Assembly: GCF_009914755.1 (NCBI RefSeq)
Contig: NC_060928.1
Direction: 5' to 3' (one strand)
From: the human T2T-CHM13v2.0 reference genome, Homo sapiens
Length of the DNA stretch: 64,000 bases
Notes under the pieces: model-generated
Seen by the model: only the letters and a program-made list of their open reading frames with translations
What the model was told of the DNA's origin: nothing
Database searches by the model: none
Part shown: positions 1-14,959 of the stretch, in pieces
How positions within the stretch are numbered: the stretch's first letter is position 1
Layout: every line of letters starts with the position of its first letter
Made by a program: the position numbers and the translations under genes

Positions 1-124
1 CTAATGCTAGATGACGAGTTAGTGGGTGCAGCGCACCAGCATGGCACATGTATACATATGTAACTAACCTGCACAATGTGCAGGTTATATACTAAAACTT
101 AAAGTATAATAATAATAAAAAAAA
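1..124 (+). mobile_element. 3' end and poly(A) of a young L1 (L1PA2/L1PA3-like), cut by the window edge
   Basis: ctaatgctagatgacGAGttagtgggtgcagcgcaccagcatggcac... has GAG rather than the L1-Ta ACA, and aacttAAAgtataat followed by an A tail. Confidence 0.9.
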
Positions 125-782
125 GCTATGTATAGGGACAATCTTGTTCTTGGCAAACATAGCAGTAGTATGCTAAGGTAGCTATGACTAAATAATAATC
201 CCCTGTTGATAGTAAGGATATTTGATTTTTTTGAAATAACCATTGTTTCTTTCAACTTGAATTCTTAAAGCTGGGATTGCTATAAGCACACTTATAGCAC
301 ATTAAGACCAAAGCAGAAATCATCTGTGTGTATATGTATCTCTTCTGTATTATACTGCTTAGTTTTCACTTGAAACATCTTTATATCCTAAGAGTTCAGA
401 CTCAAACATAGTAGGCACTCAATAAATGGTTATTGAACTGTCTATAATACAATGGACCACATTATCAAGCCCTCCAAATGGAATGGAGGGCTACAGCAAA
501 AGGTAGACACACATTCAGTACATAGAGAAGATAATACTTGATAAAATACATAAAAAATACATTTCTTCTAATTTTTAGAACTTTTTTTCTCTGTGAAACA
601 GTAAACAAGTGTGATTACAATTAGGTCTAAAATAATTTTGTTGATTTATTAGTTTAGGTATGAAGTAAACTACAAAGGCATGCAAATTCAGTTTTACGTG
701 TGAAGGTTCATACATCAGGACATGTAGAACAATTAACTTAGACTCAATGAAGTTTATGAGTTTTGCATTCACACGGCATTGA

Positions 783-1152
<370 letters not shown>

Positions 1153-1256
1153 GGCCCATTTCTTTTTAAAATGGATTTGTGTAATGGATCGATCATAATT
1201 GTAAAATCCAAAGCATGACCATACTTTAGGCACTTTCTATGAAGTAGTCTTATGAA

Positions 1257-1283
1257 ACACACACACACATACACACACACACA
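1257..1283. repeat. (CA)n microsatellite
   Basis: Directly visible, one interruption. Confidence 0.9.
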
Positions 1284-1329
1284 GAATCTGATAAGCCTAT
1301 ATATTCACATAATAGAAGGGCAGGTTGAA

Positions 1330-1850
1330 CTTGACCACAAGAAAGTAATCAACAATATCCAAACTGTGAGATTATGCAAAACATTTGTTTTATTCCTCAA
1401 CAAATAAGCTGCAAGGCAGAAATAGATTGAGAAAGAGAGGATATTTATAGACTAGAAGAGATATAGCAATCAAATATTTTATCATGTATGGAACTTATAC
1501 AGACTCTAAAAACAGAACAAATTATTTTATGTATGAAACAATTACAAATGTGAACACTGGATATTTTATAGTATTAAGGGATTATTGTTAATATTTTACT
1601 TTGATAACAGGGCTGTGGTTTGGTTAATATAGTTCATTTTTTATAGATGTACATAGTAAAATATGGATTGAATGAAGTGATATCTGAGATTTGTTTCCCG
1701 GTAACTGGGAAGAGAAGAAATTGGACTGGAGAGTGGTTTGACAGACTTGTTCTTAGGATGATAGATGTAGGAACTGGCCAATGTATATGAGTACTTACAC
1801 TATTTTATTGGATTTTGGATATGTTTAAAATTCTCCATAGTAAAACAAGT
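1330..1850 (+). mobile_element. Old L1M (L1MC-like) 3' UTR fragment
   Basis: Degenerate motifs such as gtgaacactggatattt..attaagggattattgttaat..tgataacagggctgtggtt and ttggatatgtttaaaattctccatagtaaa. Confidence 0.6.
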
Positions 1851-1877
1851 TTGTTAATAATATATATATTTACTTTT

Positions 1878-2143
1878 GACCAAGTGTGGTGGCTCATGCC
1901 TGTAATTCCAGCAATTTGGGAAGCCAAGGCAGGAAGATTGCTTGAGTCCAGGAGTTCAAGAGCAACCTGGGCAATACAGTGAGACCTCATCCCTACAACA
2001 AATTAAAAACTTATCCAGGCTTGGCGGTGCATGCCTTTAGTCCCAGCCACTCCAGAGGCTGAGGTGGGTGGATTGCTTCAGCCTGGGAGGCAGAGGTTGT
2101 GGTGAGCAGATATCTCAAAAAAAAAAAAAAAAAAAGCAAAAGA
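1878..2143 (+). mobile_element. AluJ with a deletion near the end of the right arm
   Basis: J-type gattgcttgagtccaggagttc; right arm jumps from gtgagcaga to tctc plus A tail; TSD tatatttacttt. Confidence 0.9.
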
Positions 2144-2521
2144 AAATACTGTATATTTACTTTAGAACTCTTCTTTAAGTTACCAAGAGTTAACAAATTA
2201 GAAAGCGGAAACACTTTAATTAAGCATTTATGACGTAGTTTGAAAGTAACTGCAGGCAGTTAACTATGGTTTGGAATATATAATGGCAATATATTCTCCT
2301 ACTGGTTTTGTTACAAAAATAATAATAATAACTATTATTATCCTTATTATTATAAGCTATGGCAAATTGATCGTTGTCAACATTATAACATTTTCAGAAT
2401 GTAAAACACCAAATGAACTTTCATAGTGATGCTCAGCAGCATGAGACAATAATATTGCAATAAATTTCACAATGTTATAGTAAAACAATATATATACAAA
2501 ATCTTCTATGTGGTCAGCATC

Positions 2522-2859
2522 TGTCTTCAACTGTTTGAGCTACCATAACAAAATACTATAAACTGGTGGTTTATAAACCCATCAGAGTTCTAGAGGCTGG
2601 AAAATTCAAGATCAAGACACTGGCAGATTCCATGTCTGTTGAGGACCTGTTCTTCATAGATCTTGCTTTCTTACACTGTGGTCTCATATGGTGTAAGGAG
2701 CAAGGCGGCTCCCTTGTGCCTCTTTTATAAGGATGCTCAACCCATCCTCGTGACCTAATCATCTCCCAATGGTTCCATCTCTTAATACCATCACATTAGT
2801 GATTAGGTTCCAATATACAAATTTGGGAGGGACACAGACATAACATTCAGACCATAGCA
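2522..2859 (-). mobile_element. MaLR solo LTR (MLT1A-like)
   Basis: tgtctt...ccataacaaaatactataaactggtggtttataaac...gttctagaggctgg..aagatcaag...cattcagaccatagca, with TG...CA termini. Confidence 0.8.
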
Positions 2860-3697
2860 GCATCATACTGGGCATTGCAGAGACAGAAATTGATCCTAAT
2901 ATGCTAGAATGAAAAGTCTTTGTAGGCAGACAAATACATAATTAAGGAATTGCCAGACAATTGGATAAGTGCAATATTAGAGCTGTGTAGTGAACACACA
3001 GGGATTATGGTCAGTTCGGCTTAGGTGTCAGTATAGACATCAAATAAAGTATTGCTAGAGGTTTCTACCATGTTCTATGTACAGCATTTATTTACAGTGA
3101 CTTAAGGAGATATTATTAGTAGGCTTTCAGAAATATAAACTGTAGAGTAAACTTTGCCATTGACCAGTATTTATAGGTATCTCCTTTAAAACACAGAAAA
3201 TGAAATCACTGTCAAAGCGAACTGTAATTTGCATGCCAAGTGTGTCTGACTTTCATTTAATGCAATTCATACTCACTTAATTTGAAGGATTCTGAAGTTG
3301 AGGTGATAGAAAAAATACCTTACACACTTAATATACTTTCATTTTTTCATTTTAATTGCATGCTTAACATAAATACCTTAGAGTAGTACATCATTTTTAA
3401 TGCACTTTGTTTTATGTGTCTGCTAAAAGATGGAATTGCACTAGATTTCATCGTTTATTTTTCTTGATCTTTGTATAGTCATTCTCAACTGCTGAAAATC
3501 AAATGTTTTGAATATTTAAGCCCAAATATATGATCATCTTTGTTTATGTTCATATTTAAGAATATTTTCAAAGAGTTAATTCATTTTGATGCACATTAAT
3601 ACAGTTCAGATCACTAGTTTGTTTTTATAGTTTTCAGGGTTAGAGGGAAGACAGAATCAATAATCTGATAGATATCTTGGGAAATGGAATGCATAAG

Positions 3698-5272
3698 ATA
3701 TTTATGGAGAGGTGCTTCATATCAGCATTCTTTTGAAAATAAATCCTATTATTTCTAAGGGTATATTTAAAACCTTATATTTACCTAGCGTAGTAAATTA
3801 TATCAGTAATGATTTCTTGATATCCAAGTGAAATAACTAATATTACTAAGATAGGGAATGTGTCCTTTTAAGTTATTGTAGCAATCCAGTTAAGTGGGGG
3901 CCTTTGTGTTATTAAACATGATCAAGTAACATGAACAGAAACTTTCTCAAGTTTAGGAATAGGCTCAAACTAGATGCTCCATAAATGCTTGAAAAATGAA
4001 ACTCTCATGATGATACCAGTTTATGGTTTGTACATTCTCTATCTGAATTTTTATCACCTTCTCTTGCTCAGTTTAAATGAAGGAATGGTCTCTAATTGCC
4101 CCTCTCATTTTGGATCATCTAGCAAGCCCCACTTTAGTCATTAAAATAGTTAATTGGGTTTCTAAGTTAGTCTAATTTAATGGTATAGTGAACAATTAGG
4201 TATATTTTACCAGGAATAGGAGAATACATTGGTCACATTTTGGAATTGCATTGACTTGTCAATCACTAAGCAAATGAGAGTAAGAGCTTCATTAAATGGA
4301 CTGAAAGTGTTGCTTTTCTTTGGAAGAATCTCGATAGAGATGCTGTAATTTCAGTGTTTTGTTTTTTTATACATTATGTAGAAATATTAAGCCTGAGTTT
4401 TACTGAAGCCAGAGTGTCATTTACTGTATATAAATATGTAGAATAATGTCTATAATTAGGATACCAGGTTACATTAGATCAAGTGAATAGTTGGTTAGGA
4501 TCTTGTTATCCTTTAAGACTTTCTCTTCCCCTTAATGGGGAAATGATTGCTCCTGGTGAATGAACTTATCAGTGTGTCTGATCCAAATCCACTATTTTTC
4601 TCTTTTAGCTGAATTAAAGAATGGCAGCAACAACAAACTCCATCATGGGAAGGGCAGGGAAATGACCAAAGATCACTTATTGATTAATATAAAACTGCTA
4701 GTTAATTACATGTTGCAACTAACTGGTTGATTCTCTGAGGGTTGTTTTTTTGTTTTTTTTTTTTCTCTGTTAAGAGTTAAACTGTACTCTCCAGGGTGTC
4801 CATTGTATAAGTTACTCCAGAAAACATGGGGGTGATGCCTTTTTGTGCTCACATGATATGTCAGACTTTCAACTAATTTGGTAAGGGGATCGTGTTTGCA
4901 AGAATTTTTGTGAACGGACATGGATTTTACATAGTATAGATAGGAAAAAGAGAGATACTCTGTCAAAAAAGAATGAATGTTAAATATGTTAATCGCCTTG
5001 TATATAGATAAAAAGCCTATTTCTAACCTTGAGGAAATTTCTGTTTATGTTGCTTGATCATGTTTAATAACAGAAAGGCCCCCACTTAACTGGGTTGTTG
5101 CAGTAAATCAGAAGGATGCATTTCCTATTTCAGTAATGTAAGTTATTTCATTCGGATTTCACTGAGACATTACTGATATAATTTATTATACTAGGTAAAT
5201 ATAAGGTACCTGTAGAAATAATATGATTTATTTTCAAAAGAATGCTGGTATGAAGCACCTCTCTATAAATAT
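3698..5272. repeat. Long inverted repeat: arms 3698-3965 and 5014-5272, 1048-bp spacer
   Basis: Hand alignment of the reverse complement, roughly 80% identical, with exact blocks such as cagcattcttttgaaaataaatc and ccagttaagtgggggccttt. Confidence 0.93.
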
Positions 5273-7442
5273 ATTCTTAGAAAAATAAAGAAGAAAGTTG
5301 TTAGAATTTATAATCTTTTGTTAGTAAAGTAGACCACGTGGAGAGATGGATTCTCTAAACTGAATATTGGTGTACTACATAGGAAAAAAAGGAAGAAAGT
5401 TCAGAAGAATTATTCTATATCCAGTGATTCTTAAATTAACTGAGAAGGCATTAAGACTTATTGGAATATTTCATGGTGAAATAGAAACTGAATCAAACAA
5501 TGCTAAGAGAGAAAAAGTTACTCTTAAACAGAATTCTAAAGTGGAGCCTTTTTCATGCAATGAATTATACTGCATAGGTTTGTGAAAAATGATATATGCT
5601 TAGTACATCGGGTGCTTTTTCCTTGATGAATTTAAATAGTGAATCATTAGTAAATTAAGAATCTTTTTTGTGAGATGAATGATGGCATAATAATATGTTA
5701 ATATGAATTGTCTTATTTTGGGGTATTGAATGTCATGCTTGTAGGAAGTGAAATAACAAAGAAGGAATCTAATAATTGTATTCTCTTTCCCAAAATAGGG
5801 GAAAAATAAATCTGATGAATGCTTTCATGGATTAGGGATACTCAACAGTTGTCAGTTAAATAGTATGTACTGGCCCCTCCCATCAGTTTATCACTTCCTG
5901 TTTACCTAGGCCACTTCCTGTTACCACTGTTAAATAGGCCACATTTCTTTCCACAACTGTTTACTCCAAACCATACAACAGCTGCCTCTGCATCAAGTCT
6001 GACTGTCATATTGGAGTGTGACTATCATTGTTTAAAATGTTATAGAAGTATTGTAGGGTCATTTTTCTGAATACATTTTATATGGTCTTTATAAGAAATT
6101 CTGTTACACTCTATTTGTTCTGTGTCACATACTATATTATCTCAAAATTGGAAGCATCAAAAACAAATTAGCTATTTTCCATGGCAAAATAAGCAGACAA
6201 TATATTTCTTTAACCGTTAAAATAAGATACTATTTTCAGTAATCAACTTTTCCAAGCTACCATTGTTGTTGTTTTTCTGGGCTTGTGGTAACTTAATAAG
6301 TAGGTTTAGTTTTACTTTCCAACAAATTCACATTCCTCTCTCCTGAGAAGAGAAGTTACAGAACTATATATATGGTGAAATTCTTCTTGATTATGATTAA
6401 ATTTCAAAGTATCACCAAATATCAGTATTCAATATACTGCTATAAAGATAACAATGTCTGTCTTCTTATTTCTGAAACTCACTTATGGCTATTACCACTT
6501 TGAATATGAAGTCAGAAGTTTAGCACATATTCAAGTTTGCAGGTATATGAGCTAATACTTCTGCAGAAATGTGAATTGCTACATGTGAGGTCTGAAAGAT
6601 TTTATCTCCTAGTGTTATGGCTTATTTTGTTGAATATTAGTATGTGGCAAAGACACCTATAACTGTGTTTCTAGGTAAATCCCTTTGTGTGTAACACCAG
6701 GAGTGACTTTTACTTGCAACAAAATCTATTATTTACTTCACTAATTGTTCCTTATTATACTATTTTTCATTGAAGGACCACATGCCTTCCATATGAAAAA
6801 TTGACTCTGCTGCTTACACAGGCCTGCATGTATCATCTTGGCTAAATTTGCTAGATTAAATGTCTAGGGAGCAGTGAATGTTAGATTATCCTCACAAAGG
6901 ATTTGTCTGTCAAATATGGTACAGGGAGGCCACCAATGGCTAAAGCCATTCATACTTCTCTAGATGAACCTGCAGGGTACCAGACAGATACTGGAGAACT
7001 GAATGTAGAATCTTGCAAACTTCCCCAAATTTTCTGATAATAAATTATTATTGCCTGGGCTATTATATTTTGTTCTTAAGAAATTATTTCTGTAGGAATA
7101 TGAACCTTGTATTCTGAAGGATTATCTCCAGTGAAACTGTGGGACCTCCAGTGCTTGAAGTTTGCTTTCCAGACAGCTTAGGCAGGCTTTGAATTCTATT
7201 AAACCAGACAATAGCACCCAGAAGAAAACACTTATCCCAAAGAACAGCTTTGCTACTTTTAAAGTCCTATTAAGTCGGGGAGTTGTTAGAAGAAAATAGT
7301 ATCACTGTCTGTGGCAAAGGGTACACTAGTGAATGATATTAATCAGCCTCCCTGTAATTGTAGCTTTCCAGATAAGCTCAGTTGATTGGAAAGTGGTATT
7401 GATGAGGCCAAGGCCCTGGTCTGGAGACCAGTTTCATTCAGG

Positions 7443-7595
<153 letters not shown>

Positions 7596-7719
7596 GTTTT
7601 GAGTTTATAAATTCATAGTTTAATCCAGGTAAATGATCTTTTAAATGTAAGCATTGGTCATGAGTAATATTTGATGAGAAAATTCAGATGTTTTTATATG
7701 ACCATGTGACTACCATGAG

Positions 7720-7965
7720 ATGGATAAGGAACTCCAGGAGTAAAAAGATCAGGAACCTGATTTTACGTTGTGGCTTTGCCCCTTCTGCTTGATTGCTGGA
7801 AGTTTAGTCAACCTATCCGAAAATCAGATTCATTCTCTATAAAACTGAAATAATAATTCAGATGCCATATTGTTCTTGTGAGAAATAAGCAACATATGCA
7901 AAACCTCTAGCATGTTATTTAGCAAATTTGTAAGTGCTAAATCAATTATACTTATTATTATTATG
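7720..7965 (+). mobile_element. MIR-like SINE remnant
   Basis: Degenerate core: tcaggaacctga...cattctctataaaactgaaataataat...ttcttgtgagaaataa...gtaagtgctaaatcaatta. Confidence 0.5.
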
Positions 7966-9829
7966 TTATTTTTATCATAGTATTATGTCATGCATTAGTT
8001 TTATCTTCTTATACCAAGGGTGGCATCTATCCTTTCTTTACGAAATTTTAAATGAATATCTTTTTTTATTTATTTAAACAGTTCCATTTTCATTATGAAC
8101 ATGACAATTTCAGCAAAAAAAAAATAATAATAATAAATGAGTACCAGTTTTGTTCCCATAGCAGTGGAGAATGCAAAGGAGGACAAAATCTAGTGTGCTG
8201 GAAAATCTTCCAATTTAATCAGGAAAACAGGCAGCATGTAACCGCATGTATGTTTAAGTATTTTACTATAGGTCTATAGCATTCATGATGTGATCTCAGC
8301 TAAATAGGGAAATAGGAATAGTTTAAGTATCTTCAGGTAAAATAACCAGAAGATGTAAGTGATCTCCAAAATATCAACTTAATAGAAAGCTTCTGAGCAG
8401 TGTGGCTATAGGAACATATGATGTATTTCTAATGTAGGGTAGGACAAAACGGGATTTTATAATTGGGTTTGTCTCACCATTGCCCCTACCTGCACTCTCA
8501 TCATGAATGTTATTTTCCCCTATTCATTTCTTGCTACCACCAGTGCATGCAGAGTAGCACTTCTTCTGTCAGCTGGCCAGTGGTAAAAGTTAGAGCAGGA
8601 CATTATTTTTTTTCAGCTACCTTGCAGCTACCTTGCAAAGAATCCCAGGATATGAAAAAAATCTCCTTCTTACCCCTCCCCCAAATACAGGAACACTGAT
8701 GCCAGTTGCTAGCAGGATGGACTTTGCTGTGGCCCAGTGCTTGTGGCAAATTTTCTTTACATTCTACCTTACTCAGATTGTGTTTATAAGACAAGTGAAT
8801 CTAAACAACTGCAAACCAATTCAAAGTGAAGCTAAGCACAGGAGGGAATGTGAGAAATGAAGATATATGCTTTCTCCAATGAACATATCAATAATTCAGG
8901 ACTCTATTGATGCTTTACTTCTTCCGCTTCATCTAATGCACCATACGTGGAACTCTGGTTCAATGTCAAAGGTATTTGGAGAGTTCCATCCAATCTTATA
9001 AGCAGGAATAATTTTGACTACATAAACCCTGAGGAGGTGGAGGGGTTATTGTTTCTTTCTGAACTCCATGACATAACTACATATTCTAATGGCATTTTTT
9101 ATTTTCCTTTCACTTTCTAATGAACAACTTCTGGCTAAATCCAGTTATATTTCCATTTTGGACCGTAAATTTGGTGTGTCTAGAGAGCATATAATTTATA
9201 ATTTAGTTACATAGATTTGAACAGGCACTAAATTCTTGCTGTGAAGTTGAAAACTAAGCAAAATATAAAATGTTGTTTGTTGAAATTTTATATTTCTCCT
9301 AAAACAGCTTAATTGCTTTTCTAGATTTGGGTAGCTATTTCAATGCTGAACTGGCTCTCAGTGGTCTGTTTCTGCAAATGTGTTTCTACCCCCACCTTGG
9401 GCTCTAATCCACCATGAATGATAACCATAAAAAATTGCATTTTTATAAAAGTTATAAAGTATCTTATACTTTGAATATACAGTACAAACCTCATCACTAG
9501 AACAAGAAATGATTTATAACCTTTTTTCTTTTTTAGTCTTACATCTGATGAGTGATTTAAACAGTAATTTAACTAATTAGGTAAAATAAAACCACACCAA
9601 TTCAGACTAATTGTATGGAAAATTTTAAGGAGGAAGTGGAAAATCTGATAAAGAATTTTTAAATAAAATTTTATTCCTTCAAAATATTTACTATATCTTG
9701 TACTAATAATTGTGTCATTATACTTCTTTCGTATATTACTTTTTAAAGAAAAAACACACAAATTATTTGCAATTTGCACGTATCTTTGCACATACATGGA
9801 CACCAGCCTGCTTTTGAATTGGTAGCTAA

Positions 9830-10182
<353 letters not shown>

Positions 10183-11477
10183 TCCCAGTTCTTTGTTTAC
10201 AACACTAAATTGCTTCACAAACTCCTTTGTCAGAGACTATACAAACATTGAAAGTGCTTCGAAGATACGAGGTTTAAACATCATTCTGTCATTTGTTACG
10301 TCACTCATTTAACCATATTTAGTAAATGCTATGGTTTACTAAATCATAAATAAGTGGCTCACTAACTTGAAATATTTTCCACATTCATGCCAAAGTGTTT
10401 GTGGAAGTTTTTTTTAAGGTTTTCCTAAAGAAATTCCCAGTATAAAATATTTCTTAAGCTACATGACAATTGCCTTTGTTAATATAAAATAAGGGATTAA
10501 TATCTATGTTTTAATTAAAATAAGGTAAAGGTATTTGATTTAGATATTAGTTGCTTATATTTTATTGATTACAAGTTTTTCGAAGAGGAATAGAGTTCTA
10601 TAATTCCTAAATTTCTTAACAGAAGTTATGTGAATGAATAATTCTATTATTGATGGTAGAGAGTAAATGTAATCAGGTTAGCCGAACTAATTAAAGCACA
10701 CATAGCTGTTTATCTCTTTGAAATAAATTATACAGGTTAATATTGTAAACCAATGAAATAGGTTGTACTTTTTTGTAGTGATATCCTGGGAATGCAAGCA
10801 AAATTGCTTTTAGTTTTATTTGAGAAATCATTTCAAATTTTGGCCAACTAGTACAATATATATGATTCTTTGGCAATAATGGAAAATATCTGTACAGCTT
10901 GGTATAATCAGCTCTCTGCCTTGTAATGGTCTGCTTTACTGATCCAACTCCAGAGTTCACTGGAAATGTTTTTCTTTCCTCCCAAAGGTACATTTGTAGT
11001 TGAACCCCGATAAGAAAATTGAGAAGTTAAGTTTTCCAATTTGCAGTAAGATAAATTATACATTAAAAAGTAGAGTTCAGTCAAATTGGTTTAACATGTT
11101 TCTATTTTCTATCCATAAAAGTAGCCTCAGGGGGAAAAACTGCATGAACTAATAAAACCACAGATTGCATTTGAGGGGCCTTTATTTTTTTATTTGTGGT
11201 TGTTGTTGACTTGAACTCTGCCATCGGTATAAAACCTGAAGGAATTTTAAAACCCGAAGGAGTTTAAGTGTAGGGCTGGCACTCACCCTTTCAGAGCCTT
11301 AGTTTATTCTTCTGTTAAATTGCGGCAGGCATCAGATTGAATCTTATCTAAGGCTGGCTCCACTTCTGGTAGATAGTCGAGGAGGATACAAAAACAGGAA
11401 TGTGAAAGACATCAAGAGAAGGTGAAAGCAGCTCCATCCGAATGTAATTTTTAACTCCGCAGATCACATTATTTCTA

Positions 11478-11898
<421 letters not shown>

Positions 11899-11909
11899 TT
11901 TTTTTTCAT

Positions 11910-12147
11910 ACTGTGATTGAGACCTAGTAATGGGTCATAAAGTCAATTTAGTGGATCTTAACCAGCATTTTAAAATTAAAGACAAGAATGGAATGGAATA
12001 TGGAAAAAAAAAGTAACTGAACTTTATGAAGTAATGGACAATGTTGTTTCATGAAGTTTTCCTTTGGTGTGTGTGTTTATAGGATAGGAATGCAAAATTG
12101 ATTTGTTACTGTTGGTTGTGATTAAAAAAAATTGAAAGTCACTGCCC
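11910..12147. mobile_element. hAT-Charlie-type DNA transposon fossil
   Basis: taatgggtcataaagtcaatttagtggatcttaaccagcatt...ggttgtgattaaaaaaaattgaaagtcactg resembles Charlie-family ends. Confidence 0.5.
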
Positions 12148-12955
12148 CAGGGTTTTTTTACGCTACAGATTTTGAGAATGACTGTCCAGAACAATGCAAA
12201 TTCTAAAATATTCCTATCCTGCTCACATTGAATATACCAAAGTTCACTTTATGAATGAGAGGCCCGTAAGGTATTGCTGTATTCCAGGTTTTGAAGGATA
12301 AAATTGCCCTTTTTTGACTTCCCTGACATGAATATTTTGTGTATCTGGAAATTTTTGTTATATTCTTGTTTAATAATCATCCCTTGTCTAATTTCCTATC
12401 TAGGTCCCAGCTCCTTAAAGCTGTGCTACTACCTGTAGCTCCCTCCTGTAAGGCTAATCTTATTTGAGCCTGCCCTATATGAGGTGGAATATACTATATC
12501 ATCTGCTGCTGGTTTCATTTAAGCCTGTCAGCCAATAGGAAGCAGTAGCCTGTCTGCCAGAACTAGGCTAAGTCATCTGATAATCTCTAAGAGATCCTTT
12601 TGGGTTTCCGTTTACTGTTCACTCCATCTTTTGAAATCAGTCTTAATTTTCCTCACTATCCTTATAGAATAGGAACCACTTGACTATGACACTAATATTT
12701 TTTTTTTCATCTTTTATCAATTCTTCACCACATATGTGTGTTTGTGGGGTGGGGGTGAGGTGGGCTGGGAATGGCTGCAATCCTACGCATTGGGTCTTGC
12801 CATAACTAAACTTCCTGATAAGGGGTGGACCTGACTCCCACTTTATCACCTGCTATAAGCAACATCTCAATAGTAGTCATAAAAATGATGATGTTGATAA
12901 TAACAATAATAATAATAAAACAAATAATGTGGTCCATATTTTACATAGTTTATAT

Positions 12956-13235
12956 CAGTGATTCTCAAAACTTGGTGTGCATCATGATCATCTGTTTGTT
13001 TTCCTAAAACCATATCGTCTGATGTTTGGCTAAAGGACTTCTGAGTATTGAACAGTTTCCCAAGAGATCACCAGACACACAAAGATTGGGATTTACTGGG
13101 TTGTCTAACTTAAATCTTTTTGCTATACTGTGATGTAAGTATTCCCATTTTCCCCCCATATTAGAGATTAGGAAACTGAAGTTTAGAGGGGTTGTCTTAT
13201 ATCATAGAGCAAACGAATGGTAAAACTAGAACACA
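12956..13235. mobile_element. MER5-like fragment followed by a reverse MIR fragment
   Basis: cagtgattctcaaaacttggtgtgcatca...; then ccccatattagagattaggaaactgaagtttagag (MIR core, reverse). Confidence 0.5.
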
Positions 13236-14404
13236 AAAACATATGGTGTGAGCAAAGAATAGAACCAATACATTTTTTTAAATTGCTGTTGAAATGGGAA
13301 AGTTCAATTATCAGCTCCAAGTCTGGTGCTATTTCCAGTTGAAGGAAGAATAGGTGGAGTGCTTGTGATTTAAGGAGTTGAATCTCCTCCCTCAGTCTTC
13401 CTCAAATATCTCTCAACTTTGAGATAAAATTTATATTCTTGAAATATATACTACTTATGAAAGATTTTCTTAAAGCACCAGGGATTTTAATTGGGCTAAG
13501 ACACAGGAGCAACACATCATCTAAAAGGTAATACATCAATACTCTTCTTATCATCACCATGGGTATTTACAAATCAGTGCATGGAAGTCCCAGGACAGAG
13601 AAAGGGTAATTTGTCCTAGATGGTTCTGATGCAGTATGTCAGTAGAATGACTTGAGTAAAATATAGACATAAAAAATGCTAAAAGACAGAAGAGATGGTA
13701 AAGACATAGATATAGAAATGCTTCATAGTGCTGTCTAGTGATGGCATTATATATGGGGAGTTCCTGGGCTTAAAGAAGGAACTTGCATTTGATCACATGG
13801 AAATAAAGTCAGGAATGGCACTCTATATTTGCAATATGATGATAAAAAATAGGGCTAGCACCAGTCTTACAAGACTAATTGCTAATTGAGGGGCAACATA
13901 TGTCTTTCATGTCTTATGACAAGTGTTAGATAACTCTATGAAGATGAATTTTCTGGTTTTTGATGTCATCTTCATTGTTCATATAGTATCTAATAAATAA
14001 AACTCTATTACTCATCCTGTTTCTGAACAAACTCCCAAATATGATTGATTCCAATTACAAATTACTTTTACTAGAATGTACGATAGCTTTAAAAAACAAC
14101 ACCCAGCCATTTTCACAGAGTAAATAAAGTGAATGAGAAGAAATACTCATTTAAGTTTTTCTATAATCATTTTCAAAATGAAGGCTACCAGCTTCCAAAA
14201 AGATGTGAGGTATTTTATAATAAGTCACATTTACATTAAGACTATTAACATAGAAATAGTAAACAGAAAAACCAGATAGAGAGAGGAATAAGTATATATA
14301 CCAATCCTACTTAGTTTATAAATCATATGGTGATGGAGTGCTGACATCCCTAGCAGCCAAGGCAGATTAAAATTAGGATGATTTCCCATTTTATTTTAGG
14401 GCCA

Positions 14405-14540
14405 GAGTAGATTTTTCAACCTTGCTGACATAGATACTGAGCTGTATGCAAAAATAATGTTAGGATGTGGTTCAGACATCAATATTTTTTTAAGTTTCCC
14501 AGGTAATTCAAATGTGCAGCCAGAGTGGAGAACAGCTGAC
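14405..14540. mobile_element. MER5A-like fragment
   Basis: tttttaagtttcccaggtaattcaaatgtgcagccagagtggagaacagctg. Confidence 0.6.
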
Positions 14541-14959
14541 TTGTGTAAAACACGGCAGGGAATTTACTGGGCTGTAAGAAAATGACTACAACCCACATGA
14601 TGGAAGGTGAACTACATACCTTTTCCCTTACAATTGGCTTAAATGTAACCAACTGCAGATAATGTCTGGTGGAGTTCAAACTGGATGTCTAATTTTTCAG
14701 CCTAAGGAACTCATGAAAAACTCTTATCAGAAGTGGCTAGAATAATTGACTTCATTCTCCTGAGGACTGGTTTTCTTGTATAGTTCAAGTTCTACCGACC
14801 TTTACTTTTAAATAAACTGGGCTATGCTGAAATGTGGTTTAGTTATATCAGTGCTCTTATCAATATATTCAGAAGTCTCAGTGCCTGTTTATCAACTTCT
14901 TAAGGTTCAGTCAAGGCCATGACATTGCCTGATGAATAAGAACCAACCTGTGGATCAGT

